Part shown: positions 1-11,954 of the stretch, in pieces
Position numbering within the stretch: the first letter of the stretch is position 1
How the letters are laid out: each line of letters starts with the position of its first letter
From: Seison nebaliae
Lineage: Eukaryota
Assembly (NCBI GenBank): GCA_023231475.1
Contig: JALJEE010001281.1
Coordinates: 1-64,000, forward strand
DNA: 64,000 nt
Reading direction: 5' to 3'
Position numbers and translations under genes: made by a program
Notes under the pieces: model-generated
Told to the model about the DNA's origin: nothing
The model's database searches: none
The model's input: only the letters and a program-made list of their open reading frames with translations

Positions 1-363
1 GGCAAAGGAGTCAATTCGCAAATCGAGAACATAAATGCTCTATTGAAAGGCTTATGACAACCGAGCATCATCCGAACTGATCTATTATATGTTCGATCAA
101 GACATCGTAATGACTTATCAGTATTCGAAATGGAAACTGGCAATCCATAGAAGTCACAACAATAACAGACAAACAATTTTAATTTCAATTTCAGAGAAAA
201 AAATTTGCAGCGATGATGGAAGGAGTAGAAAGATCTAAGGAATTTACATCTTACGCGTTCTACAAGTGCTGAACTTCTTCTCTTCGAGTCGATTTGACAT
301 CCCAGGAAACACACTTCCTTAGACACCAATTTCTCTAACAAGGAAAGTATCCGATATGCAGGC

Positions 364-691
364 AACGAAATTAAAAATAAATAAAATGTGTGAAAAATAA
401 TACTGATTAACATAGCATTTTTTATTTTTGCCGAGTCGTTAAATTAATGTCTATAATGGAGGAAAAGTCATATATTACAAATCAATGGGTTCATGATGAC
501 AAATGTGATTTTTGTATATAAAACTGATTCAAAATTTATACAGAAATCACAAATGTCATCATAAACCCACTGATTTGTAATATATGACTTTTCCTCCATT
601 ATAGACATTAATTTAACGACTCGGCAAAAATAAAAAATGCTATGTTAATCAATATTATTTTTCACACATTTTATTTATTTTTAATTTCGTT
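364..691. repeat. Long foldback inverted repeat: 155-bp arms (364-518 and 537-691) with an 18-nt loop; MITE/foldback-like
   Basis: Position i pairs with 1055-i along the whole arm, e.g. TTTATTTTTGCCGAGTCGTTAAATTAATG at 421 versus CATTAATTTAACGACTCGGCAAAAATAAA at 606-634. About 6 mismatches counted by eye (403/652, 485/570, 492/563, 502/553, 503/552, 512/543). Confidence 0.95.
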
Positions 692-1162
692 TTAAATACC
701 TTTAATGAGCAATTTGATGTTGCTTTGTTCATTCAATTCCTCAATGACGTCGCCCAGAATTTCAATATTCGATGGCTTTTCTGCTCCAATAACCACCGAT
801 AACAGGAAAACTTGTTGTTCTTCGAATAAAGAAAACGACACTATCCAAACCTTTTTCGAAGATGTTTTTAACAATTGAACACCATCGCAGTTCAAAGTTA
901 TTTCATATTGTGTTTCATTTGAATATATTATTTTATCATAAAGCGTCAAACTGTTTCGTATCCCAAAATAAATATAATTTTCCTTTCTTATAATAGATGT
1001 CATAACGTCTTTATGTCTTATTTTGCGTTCGTAAAGTTCTGCAGTCTTTCGGCAAATCGACATTTGAATAACTTTCATGAATAAATGATAATAATTCATT
1101 AGTTGCAGATTTCGAAATATTATTTGTAAAGGCGAATACTGTAAAATAAAGGGAGAGCACAA
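692..1162 (-). mobile_element. CACTA/EnSpm-type (CMC) transposase fragment, N-terminal part of the catalytic region
   Basis: ITLNCDGVQLLKTSSKKVWIVS...VFLLSVVIGAEKPSNIEILGDVIEELNE resembles the NxDGxxLxKSS..xWP...G..KP..FL...VxEL block of animal EnSpm-like transposases. Truncated where it meets the palindrome. Confidence 0.7.
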
Positions 1163-1199
1163 AAATAATCGAATGAATTATCTAATGAATCCGCATTAA

Positions 1200-1622
1200 A
1201 TGGAGTTACGCACAAATGATGAATTTCGAAATGGCTTGTACGATGAAACACATTCCAAAAGATCGACTACTTTATATAATTTGTCATATTTTGATATGAT
1301 AACTGATTTTTCGTTGGATTATATGCACATGATTTGTTTGGGCGTTGTGAAGAAATGCATGTCGATGTGGTTAATTCCTCGGTCTTCTTCCGTAAGGGTA
1401 ACGAATCATCAATTAATAGACAATATGAATATTAAATTGGATGCTTTCAATCTTTGCGTTGCAAGAAGAAATTTTTCTCGTCTTTGCGATGCACCAATAA
1501 TTCAATTCACAAAATGGAAAGCGAGTGAATTTCGGGCATTTCTGTTGTATTATGCTCCTTTTGTTTTGATGGGTAATCTAGAAATAAGTTGTTTGCATGG
1601 CTTTCCCCATAATAAAATGTGA
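1200..1622 (+). mobile_element. CACTA/EnSpm-type (CMC) transposase fragment, downstream catalytic part; truncated
   Basis: LRTNDEFR...FDMITDFSLDYMHMICLGVVKK...W...FTKWKASEFRAFLLYYAPFVL matches the DYMHxVxLGVxK and WKAxEFRxFLLY motifs typical of this family. Confidence 0.8.
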
Positions 1623-1989
1623 TTAGCTATAGTATGTGATTGTAAAATATAAATAATATCTATGTATTACGTATATATATTACGTATTCGCAGAATAGGT
1701 TTAGTTGATTTAATGACGATGTGAGTTGATGTTTAGTTACTTTTATATCTATTTTTAACTTATATCAACTTTACATGTAAATTTATTGTCAACGTCAAAC
1801 GATCGTTACATGCTTTCAAATTTTGTGCTGTGACAAGAGGCCGGATATTCTACGCACATTCCCAAAGTAGTCACAAATTTTGTTAGAACCCAAGGTCCAA
1901 ATAAGACTACTCGGGTCGGTTGACGCCAAGAAATATATCGATTGCTTAAAGTGATCAAGATATGATGTTTCAAGATATCCGAAGTGACT

Positions 1990-2290
1990 TCGGAACAAAA
2001 AGATATGATTTTCAAACAAGATATTGCACGTCCACAAAACAAAGATAACCAAATAATATATGGAAGGGTTGGATTATAAAGTGATAAAGCGGCCTGCCGT
2101 GAGTCCGGATCTTAATATCATATAAGAGATTTGGTTTTGGTTGAGTCGCCAAGTTTACTGGTAAAACATCCAATTTTCGACCGTTGACGACTTAAAATTA
2201 CCGAAAAAATTAATACAAAAACTGATTCCTTCTTTTCCTACTTGTATGACTTATGTTTTAATGCATAAAGGAAATTGTTACAATCATAAA
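1990..2290 (+). pseudogene. Degenerate Tc1/mariner DDE transposase C-terminal remnant
   Basis: IFKQDIARPQ at 2008-2037 (cf. FQQDNARPH). After a frameshift, RPAVSPDLNII*EIWFWLSRQVY at ~2090-2158 (cf. WPxxSPDLNPIENxW), then QFSTVDDLK and IQKLIPSFPTCMTYVLMHKG. Contains in-frame stops. Confidence 0.8.
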
Positions 2291-2626
2291 AAATAAAGTA
2301 ATTTATGTTGTTTTAAAATTTATGAACATAATATTAGACTTGCCAGATTGGGATTGTTTTTACGTCGTGAATATGATCAACTATGGCTTTATCAATTATC
2401 GGGAACGAAAATAGTCCTCTTCCAGAAACTTCCGGCAAGAAAGTGTCAAATAGGAATTAAAGTGGTACATTTTGAGGATTTTTAGGAATTTTACTTTTTC
2501 AGAAGTTCAAAACAGTTAGAAAATATTAAAATCAATTCCCATTCTTTTGAGGGCGAAAATTTAGAAAAATTAATTAATTTAATATATAACATAAAATTTA
2601 CATTTGTCCATTTCCTTTAATGAAAA

Positions 2627-3115
2627 TCAATGCAAAAACTTTAATCGCATTAACCGGTTATTCTCTCGTACTTTCATATCATTTTGCGTGAGGGCCATAT
2701 TCTTATACCAGTTAGCAACAGGAGTATGACCTTCGGTTTTATAAATCGGTTCTGCTTCAGTTCTCATTGGTTCGGCTGGCATGTGAGCAGCTCTTTGAGA
2801 TCTCATATATTTCATTTCACAAATGATAGTTGCTCGATGCATTGCGCGATACATGAAAACTCGAATGACAACAACAATGGTCAAAATGATATTCATAACG
2901 AGTAGACCTAATAGCCACGGAATGAAATAATGGAGAAGTGTCCAACGTTCTAGAGTGGACGTAAGAAATAAAGATTCAAATATGACTCGTTCGAGTACGG
3001 GAACAATTCCGAAATTAGTGATGGTTTGTATTGCTGGTTCTTTCATAAATTCGATGATGGATGCATTGGGTGTGGAGGGTGTAAATAGGAAGACATTGTT
3101 ATCGATTAAATCCAT
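2627..3115 (-). CDS. Uncharacterised 162-aa single-pass membrane protein, intronless
   Basis: ATG-started ORF with a hydrophobic segment (YFIPWLLGLLVMNIILTIVVVIRVFMY) followed by basic residues. GC content higher than flanks. No recognised family. Confidence 0.6.
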   Translation of the reverse strand: MDLIDNNVFLFTPSTPNASIIEFMKEPAIQTITNFGIVPVLERVIFESLFLTSTLERWTLLHYFIPWLLGLLVMNIILTIVVVIRVFMYRAMHRATIICEMKYMRSQRAAHMPAEPMRTEAEPIYKTEGHTPVANWYKNMALTQNDMKVRENNRLMRLKFLH

Positions 3116-3236
3116 TTGGAAAAGGTTTGAAATGGAAGAAACTGAAAATGAAACTGAGTTAGGAAATGATAATTAAACGATTTTATTTTAAAGAAAGAAT
3201 AATTTAGAGTTCCTTAAAATAGTTAGATTTGCACGA

Positions 3237-4814
3237 TTAAACTGCCGTATCGACATTGGCGACAGATAGATTCTTTTCTATATCTTTCGGAACTTTCGAT
3301 CCTTTCGATGAGCCAACAATCGGGAGAGCCTGTTCCTCTAATTTTTTCAATTGTTTTTCGTTCAATAACAGATTCTTGCATAATCGATCTAATATGGCGG
3401 CTCCGATAGCATCACCCCAAACATTGACCATTGTCCTAAAACGGTCACATATCCAATCCACAGCATAGATCAACGATATATCTGTTGTTGGTAAATCAGC
3501 CGCATTTAATACAACCACCATCGTCACTAAACCTCCTTGAGGTACACCGGCAGCGCCAATACTGGCGAGAGTGGAAGTCAAACTGATAGTAATGATAGAA
3601 GCGAAACTGAGAGGTATATTATTTAATTGGGCAATAAATATTGCTGCAACCGCTTCATAAAGAGCCGTCCCATCCATATTCATAGTGGCACCAATCGGAA
3701 GAATGAAACGTGTCACAGCTCGATCAATTTCACTACGTTGTTCCAAACATTTAAATGTGACTGGTAAAGTAGCAGAACTACTCGCCGTTCCAAATGCAGT
3801 AGCTAATGCTTGTGACATGTCAGCGCAAAACTTGGCCGGATTCTTTTTCGTGATAACCGTATAAATGATGGGAAGATTGATGCAACTATGAATGAAAAGA
3901 CCAAGAATGACTGTTCCCACATACTTCCCTACCAGCATAAAAACACTTTTCAAATCATCTAATTCTAATAATTTCACTAATATTAAGAAGAAAATACCAA
4001 TGGGAGAATACCACATAACAAATGCGACTAATCGCATAAATAATTCATTGACAGCAGCGATTACTTGTACGAGACATTTTGCGTCGTCACCCAACTGCCC
4101 CAAAATTACGCCAATTATTAGAGAAAATACTACTAATCCTAAAACGTTTACTCCATCTCGTTTCTTACCGATCGCTATCCATTCGTCCGTATCCTTACTA
4201 ATGTTCTGAGTTGTGTTGATGAGAATATCATCAGCGATGTCTAATTTAGTTGGATCTCGAGGTATCTTTGTCTTAATCGTTTGATATTGTTGGAAAGTGG
4301 CTGTTATTAAATTATCGGGACATAAATTATACATCAGATCAATTACAGTATCTGCTGCCTTCAACTTATCTTGACCTTCGATGACCGTTTGTTGCTGGAC
4401 AACACCTGATGAACGATCAACTTTTCCCGGTTTAATAGTCATGACTAGAAAGATACCTAAACAAACTGATATGGCAGTTGTTACTAGATAATAAATGACT
4501 GCTTTCAATCCAATTCGTCCAACAATTCGAGGATGAATATTTGCCAGACTGGCAATAATCGAAGATGTGACCAGAGGAGCAATTAAAACCATCATCATTC
4601 TCAAAAACATACGACCCGGAAAATCCAGATACCTTAAACTATCTTTAGAGAATTTTGTCTTCCTTATGGCCATTCCAATGGAAAGCGCTAGAATAACCGC
4701 CAGAAATGTTAATAGAACCAGAATATTTACGACTATAAAGTTTTTAGTTCGTACTGCCCACGATTTATTGTCCTTTTCTTTTTTGTCTCCACTAGGATGG
4801 CTGTCCGAAGACAT
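3237..4814 (-). CDS. Excitatory amino acid (glutamate/aspartate) transporter, SLC1A/EAAT family, 525 aa, intronless
   Basis: Motifs FGTASSSATLP, PIGATMNMDGTALYEAVAAIFIAQ, SIGAAGVPQGG and AVDWICDRFRTMVNVWGDA. The DRFRT arginine indicates an acidic substrate. Confidence 0.97.
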   Translation of the reverse strand: MSSDSHPSGDKKEKDNKSWAVRTKNFIVVNILVLLTFLAVILALSIGMAIRKTKFSKDSLRYLDFPGRMFLRMMMVLIAPLVTSSIIASLANIHPRIVGRIGLKAVIYYLVTTAISVCLGIFLVMTIKPGKVDRSSGVVQQQTVIEGQDKLKAADTVIDLMYNLCPDNLITATFQQYQTIKTKIPRDPTKLDIADDILINTTQNISKDTDEWIAIGKKRDGVNVLGLVVFSLIIGVILGQLGDDAKCLVQVIAAVNELFMRLVAFVMWYSPIGIFFLILVKLLELDDLKSVFMLVGKYVGTVILGLFIHSCINLPIIYTVITKKNPAKFCADMSQALATAFGTASSSATLPVTFKCLEQRSEIDRAVTRFILPIGATMNMDGTALYEAVAAIFIAQLNNIPLSFASIITISLTSTLASIGAAGVPQGGLVTMVVVLNAADLPTTDISLIYAVDWICDRFRTMVNVWGDAIGAAILDRLCKNLLLNEKQLKKLEEQALPIVGSSKGSKVPKDIEKNLSVANVDTAV

Positions 4815-5152
4815 GCTGGATATTTCTTGAAGGTGCGGAATCTTTCTAAACAGAAGTAATAAAGCGAAAATAGATTCTGAACTGAAATTGATAATAAAAC
4901 AATTTCGTAAAATTAATTCGACAATGATCTTTTTTCAATTTCTATTTTTATTTATACTCCTCATTCCAATTTCCTCAATCGTCAATTGGAAATTGGAAAA
5001 AAAATCAGAAAAAATCGTAAAACTTTTATTTTCTCATTTTAAACTTAACTCTCAACTATTTCAATTTTATTCATTGGGAAAAAGATGCGAATTACTTTAT
5101 AGACATATAAACTGAACATAAAAACGAATAATGGTAAATAGGAATAAATTTG

Positions 5153-8100
5153 TCATTTTCTGATGAAAGAGATTGCGTGAAATGTAAATTCGTTGTCATG
5201 TGACAAATCCATTTTTAATGGGTTCTCATATTCGAAAATGTTGGAGTCATAACTATTGATAAAATCCTAAAATTAAATTAAAAGATAAAACGATAATTTG
5301 AAAAAGAAAGAAAAACTTTCAAAGATTTTTCTTTAATTCCTTCCACAATGTCATGTCTTGTCGTCATCCTTTCACTTCTCTTTAATAAGTCTTCTATTAA
5401 AATTTCATATCTTCCAATTAACTCTATCGAATGGAATGAATGGGGGTGAATGATAATCGAAAAAAAATAATAAATAAATAACTGTCGCCTTGGACATAAA
5501 AGAAAGCAAAATTGAGAATCTGTTTCAAATGAGACAAATAAAACAAAGATATTTGTTCGTTCCATTCGATCCTGATCATATTCTCATTGGGCATCTGTTG
5601 AACATTATTTGTTATGAACTTCTTCGATTGAGTTCCCAATGAAACGATGAGATAAATCGAATCCATACACATCTCATACATCAAATCCGTAGTTCGTTGT
5701 ACATTCAAATGATGAATTTTTGGTAAATCAATTTTGATCATTCCGATACTTTTTCTCGTCACTAACATAATAGAAAATAGTATAATTTGTTTATTCAAAT
5801 TTCTAACTGTTCAAATATTTCAATTTACCATATTGGTCACTTCGATTTCTTTCAAACGTTTCTTGAGCTTCCTCCAATCTCTTCATCCACATATCTCTAT
5901 CAAATTCATTGGAAAAAAAGGAACATTGATAAAAAATGTTGAAGAAAAAAATAAAATTTGTTTTAGTAATTATTCCATAAATTAATATTTCCATAAGATA
6001 GAAGAATAGGAAAAAATTGGAAGAAAAATGTTTGAAAAATTAACCGTCCGATAATGGATGAGCATTGGAATAAATAAGTTTTACTAAATTGAACGAAACT
6101 AAAGGACATCTTCTCACATTTCTTCATATGATGAAGATTCTTTAAATGAATCGGCTGAAGCGAAATCGACAATGAAGAAAAGAGCAGATATGTTAAATGT
6201 AACTGCTCTTTTCGTTCTCAATGAAATGAGATGTTCATCCGAAAACAACGATGTCTGTACATCATTCGCACAATTGATAATGGTGGTTATGAGAATGATG
6301 TCGTTGAATAGAAATAGGACACAACGTCCTTTCTTCAACATATTAACGACATCGTAATGAATTAATTGTCGTTGTTCGCCCGCTTCCGTCAAACAATTGA
6401 AATATACAAACTGATCATTAATCCTTTTCTAATAATCGAATGAAATTTCAAACATTTTTACAAGTTTCGTCATCAGTGGGGAGAATGTGTTGTTGGCACC
6501 ACTCCAACTTACTGATATTGTCGTTCAATTTGAGAGTTTCATTCAATTGTTTCAATAAATCTCTCGATAACTCCTCTCCCATCTTACACGACTCATAATC
6601 GATATGTTCCACTTCTGTATTTTTCACAATCTGAACGAATCGATTAAAAATTATGAAAATTCTTCTCTCAACGAACTTCGTGTAACATCAACGGATATTT
6701 GGTGAGTCGTTGGAATGGTAACATGAGATATGTCCGATAATCGACACTAATCTTCTTCTCATCAGTTACATGCTTTTAACAATTTCAAATTATCCATTTG
6801 TTTTTCGTTTATGAGGAGAAAATGAAAACTTTAATAATCGATTTCATTTCATCTGAATTCTCACTCAAATTATGGAAATGTCTTAACATGATATTCTGAT
6901 GACAACAATATCGCGCATAAGACGATCTCATAATTTGTAACTAAAATTTAATAAGTGTACCTCATTAATCAGTTTACTCAACGAGCTAATGGAAACTTGT
7001 TCGCACATTAAATCTCCACAAATCATTTGGGAGAGATGAGGAATGTTATTCGATCGTTCGAGTAACGAATGGACCAATTGCTCATTAACGAAACTAATTC
7101 GTTTCCATTCATTCGCAAGTATCAGTTCAATTGTTTTGGGTAAGAGATGGGATTGGATAACTCTGGCAATGATCGACTAAGATCGAGAGAAACAATTCCG
7201 TTAAAACGGAAAACAGAATGAGAAGAAAAGATGAGAACAATTTGCGAAGGACAAGAGTGGAACCTCAAAAAACATATGGAGATCACCAACATACCGACGT
7301 TCTGTTTCAATTAGTTCATTCAAACATCGTGCACGATGATGGTTAATTGAAGACGTATTTATTTTTTTCGCATAATTTAAACTGACTAAAAAAAGAGAAA
7401 AATAGAAAGTTTTTTTTTGTTTTTCTGCAAAAGATGACGGAAATCAAATGGTCAGGATACGGGAACAATATCTTCATTCAACATCAACAAGTGAAGAATA
7501 CGAATATATGAGAATGTCACAAAATGAGAAGATGTTCAGAAGAAATCAAAAATAGAGTTTTACAAAAATTTTTTCTTTATATTCATCGAAATCCTAAAAT
7601 TCCTTCATCTTATTTTTTTTTATTACAAACCAAATTTCTTCGTATCGTCTAATACGCTGAGTAAACGAATAAAGTTCGTCGGTATGACACCATTACGAAT
7701 GTTCGACAACTTTTCTCCATTCGAATAAATTAGACGACCGTTCCACCAACTCGACGCATTAGAATAATTTCTTTCGATTTCTATCACGTCACCAGTCACT
7801 ATTCCTAATTCATCGTCATTCTGTGGTTGATATTCGTACATGGCTAAACCATAAACTTTTCCTTTTGTATCATTCTGAAATTAATGAAATTTCATTATTA
7901 TTATAATTAAAAAAAAAGTTATTATTAAATTTCGAAGGCAAATGGAAAACTTTCAAATTTTCTTTAATTCTCTTCGAATCTTCTTCAGACAATAAATGAA
8001 CATAATCCGAAGCGAAATATCCTTTCAATTTCTACAAAAAAAAATTATTTATGAAAAATAATTTGAAATTGTTGAGAAAAAATTGTTATAAAGAAATTTT

Positions 8101-11100
8101 AGAAAATGAAATTTTGATTGGAAATAAACGATAAAATCTCCCATTAACATTTTGGGAAGTTAGAAAAATTTAATGTGAAAGAAACGAAACTTCATCGAAT
8201 AATAGAGAACCGTTCCAAATTCCTGTCGTTTCATCTTTGGAAATAATGCGGATAACTTCCCCACAAATAAAAGGTAATGCGTCAGTTGAAGAATCCTCAT
8301 TCTGTCGAATGGCTAATGCTAATTCATCAAATGATGGTAGATTATCGTTCGCCATAATAAATGGATCGAAAATCGGTTTATCAACATTCACTTCTCCTGA
8401 CGAATGATTGGCAGAAGTGTCTTGAGACAATTTAGCGACATGATTAGCTGGAAATATTCCGATACGTTTCGAATTGGTTTGAACGTAGCCTTCCCACCAT
8501 TCGTTGTTTCCATCTTCCGTTTCCTGTTTCATGACGACGATAATATCTCCTGTCTGGAATTCGAGATCATCCACCATTCCTGAATTATATTGATATCTCG
8601 CTTCATATAACGGATAATCGGGCGACTCCTTTTCTTCATTAGTCATCGACGATTCAACCGAATTCACTATTTCCACACACTCTTTTGGAAACCATCCCAC
8701 CTGGAAATGATGGAATGAAATTTAATAAAAAATAAATTTTAACTTTATCGTTTACACTTCCCGAATACCAAATTCCATTATCGCCATAAATTCGGATGGG
8801 ATCACTTTCGTTCAATTTTAGATGATTATTTTTTTGTGGTAAGAAATTTTTGATGCAGATTCCCTGAAGAAATAGAATATGGAATGAATGAAAGAATGAT
8901 GGAAATAACTTTCTCATATTCTTTTCCTTCCATTTCACTAATTGGTCTGATGGAAGAGAATGAGAATGAAAGAATAATAAAAAAAAGGAAAATGAACATT
9001 GATGATGGTTTGACTTGAAGGAAATTCAAAGGAACTAATCCACTCTTTTTTGTGATGATATTGACAGCGAGAGCCCACGCATTCTCACAAGTCTCCTTCA
9101 CATAAAACTCGTCATCGATTTCGATAGACAACTCGTCATCTGCCTCTCCCATGAATTGGAACATGGCGAGATAAATCGTCTTATCTTCGATGGATAATTC
9201 GTTGACAGGTTGAATAATTTTCGATGTTGAAATCAATTCTTTCATTTCCGTTTTCACTTCACATGATGATGATGATGAAACGAGAAATGGATCTTCTTTC
9301 AAATTAATCACTTCTTTCAGTGGGAAAGTAGTGGGAGAATTGTCAACTTTAAACGGATCGAAATCAGTGATCAATTCATTTAATGGTTTCTCATTCTCTT
9401 TCTCCAATTCATCATTAATTAATTGAGAGATATAATTAAATTTGTCTTTAGTAGACGTATATTGTTGGAGGAGTTCAACTCGAAGTGAACTATATTTCGA
9501 TTCGAGTGTTATCATCTCTTTTTTACGATGTTCAACATTCTGTCGTTTCTCTTCACACTCATTCTCAAGACGTGACAATTCATTTTTCATTTCATCGAGA
9601 CGTCGACCGATTTCTTGGATGGCTTGTTCGCCTTTAATAATGGTGTCGGTGGATTGTGAAGATTTAATATTATTGAAATTCTGTTGGAGATCATTCTTCA
9701 TTTTCCCTAATGATTCTAATTGAATTTTCGATTTATCATATTTTTCATTCATTAATGACATTTGTAATTCAGCTGATAATAATTCTTGTTTGAATTGATC
9801 AATCGTTTCTCTTAAAGATTGCTCCTGATTCTTCTTCTCTACTAATCGATCTCTTTCATTCATCATCTTCTCTTTAATCGCATCAATTTCTAATTGGATT
9901 GATCGATTTCTTGACATTAAAGTATCAATCGATTCTCTTAAACGATTTCGTTGTTGTTCCAATTCTTGAATACGTTTACGTTCCTCTTCAAACAATCTTC
10001 GTTTCTCATGTTCAAGACGAGCTTGACGTTGTGCTTCTCGACGTTCAACTTCTTTCTCCGCTTCAATTTGTCGTTGACGTTCCAATTCTTTGTCCAACTC
10101 CAAATTACGTCGCTTCTCATGTTCCTCTTGTTGACGACGACGATCTTCTTCTCGTTGTCTCTCTTTCTCTTCTTTCGTTCGACGTTCTAACGACTCCTGT
10201 TCACGACGTTGCATTCGACGTCGTTCTAATTCAGCTTCTCCAGCTTGGAAATTTTTACGTCGTCTTTCTTCGTAAGAAACGGTAGAGGAAGTCGTGCTAT
10301 CGGTTAAGAGATCAATCGACGGTTTCTTCGTTGAGATTAATGTGGTCGATTGGACCGTTGTTGATGGTTGTGTGACAAGTTTCGAAGGCGGATTCCGTTG
10401 GATTATTTTCGTTGCATAATTTATGGAGAGTGTCAACATCTGCTCACGGAATTGACTAGATACATTCTGAGAGAGATATGACGGATTGTCGAGTGATTGT
10501 TGACGAAGGAAATTATTCTTCGACAACTCATTACACAAATGGAGAGCTAAGACAAATTCAGGAGCTGATAATTTCCCGTCTTGATCCGTATCACATTGCA
10601 TCCAAATTTTAGCGAGTAATTCCTTCGGCAAATTATATCGCAACATTTCTTGACGACAAATATTCCCTCCAATCTTCCCATTCAATAATTTCGTATTAAG
10701 CAATTTCATATATCGTCCCAAATACTCTTCACAATCACTGGATGTCGCCAATCCAATCGTCTGTTCATTAGTGGCAGAACATGATCCTTTTCTACTCGTC
10801 AGATCTATCGATGAATTATTCGATTTTTTCGTTACACATTTCTCTTCTATTCGGAAAGCATTCGAATCATCATAAGATTGCTGTTGTTGTTGTTCCTGTT
10901 GTGGTAATTTTGGGGGTTGTTGTTGTTGATGATGATTAAATTGTTGTTGTTGTTGCTGTTGTTGTTGGACATATAAAGGTTGTTGATTAGAATTATCTGA
11001 TTTTGCCAAATTTAAAGGATGAAGACTTGGTGGTAATGCTGATGGAAGTGTCAATTGAAAAGTGAGAATACACTTGACGAGATAACAAGCAATCATAAAC

Positions 11101-11366
11101 TCATATTGATCTAGACGTCCATCCTTATTATAATCAGCGAGATCCCTTCAAATTTCAATTAAATTCAATTTAATTCAATTGAAATAATTCAAATAATTTA
11201 CTAACCAAATCTTACATAATTGTTGGGAGGCTAATTTGGATTTGAGAAGAAACTCTTTCGCCTTCTCACCGGACAGGCTCTCATTATTCGGACTTAATTC
11301 TTCGAAATACTTCCGGTATTTCCGTCGATCCTCATCGTTCATCGTCCACAAACTATTTTCCTTCAT
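5153..11366 (-). CDS. ITSN: Intersectin, long form (2 EH, coiled coil, 5 SH3, DH, PH, C2), about 1630 aa, 18 exons
   Basis: EH motifs (LCKIWDLADYNKDGRLDQYEF; KIWMQCDTDQDGKLSAPEF), EERRRKNFQAGEAELERRR, five SH3 domains, DH (ELIETERRYVGDL; YLMLPFQRLTKYPLML), PH (FLFNDIILI; RDMWMKRL), C2 (GDKLIGRYEI). Introns: 11146-11205, 8947-8997, 8864-8909, 8701-8743, 8032-8190, 7875-7950, 7386-7630, 7177-7263, 6941-6996, 6773-6829, 6631-6676, 6411-6453, 6155-6203, 5897-6044, 5762-5807, 5424-5482, 5267-5316. Spliced length is 4893 nt and stays in frame. Confidence 0.93.
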
Positions 11367-11954
11367 TCTCTCAACCTCCCACTAACCATACACCGATTAT
11401 CTTCCCAATTTATCTGAAAGATATTTCAAGTCTATTTCAATGTTCGATTTCGAGAAGAATCTCTCTCTATCTCAGTCTCACTCTAATTCTCACTCTGTAA
11501 CAATAAATTGAAATTTAGTAAGCAAATTGGAAACATTTCATCAATTCCTTCAAATTACATTATACAGACAAACAAATTATTTGTAAAAAATACAAATTAT
11601 GGCAAAAAATATATAAATTTTATTTCATTATAATCAAATGTCACGAAACATAAAAAAATTTGATAAATTTTAGAGAGAAATTATAAAGAAATGATTTCCT
11701 TTCAAAAATTTACAGAGAAATAATTGTCAGAAAATTTAATTTATTCCTAAAAACACTTTATTTTAGGAGGAAGATTAGAACAGTAATTAATTCTCAGATT
11801 TTAATCATGTATATATTGAACAGATGAATGAATTAATGTAGAAAAAGAAATTTAATTTTTTTATTTGAACTTTTTCCAAAACAATTTTTCTTTTTCAAAT
11901 TTTAAGCATCTCTCAAATTTCCAATAAACTTTTCCAACTCGTTATTGCCGACAA

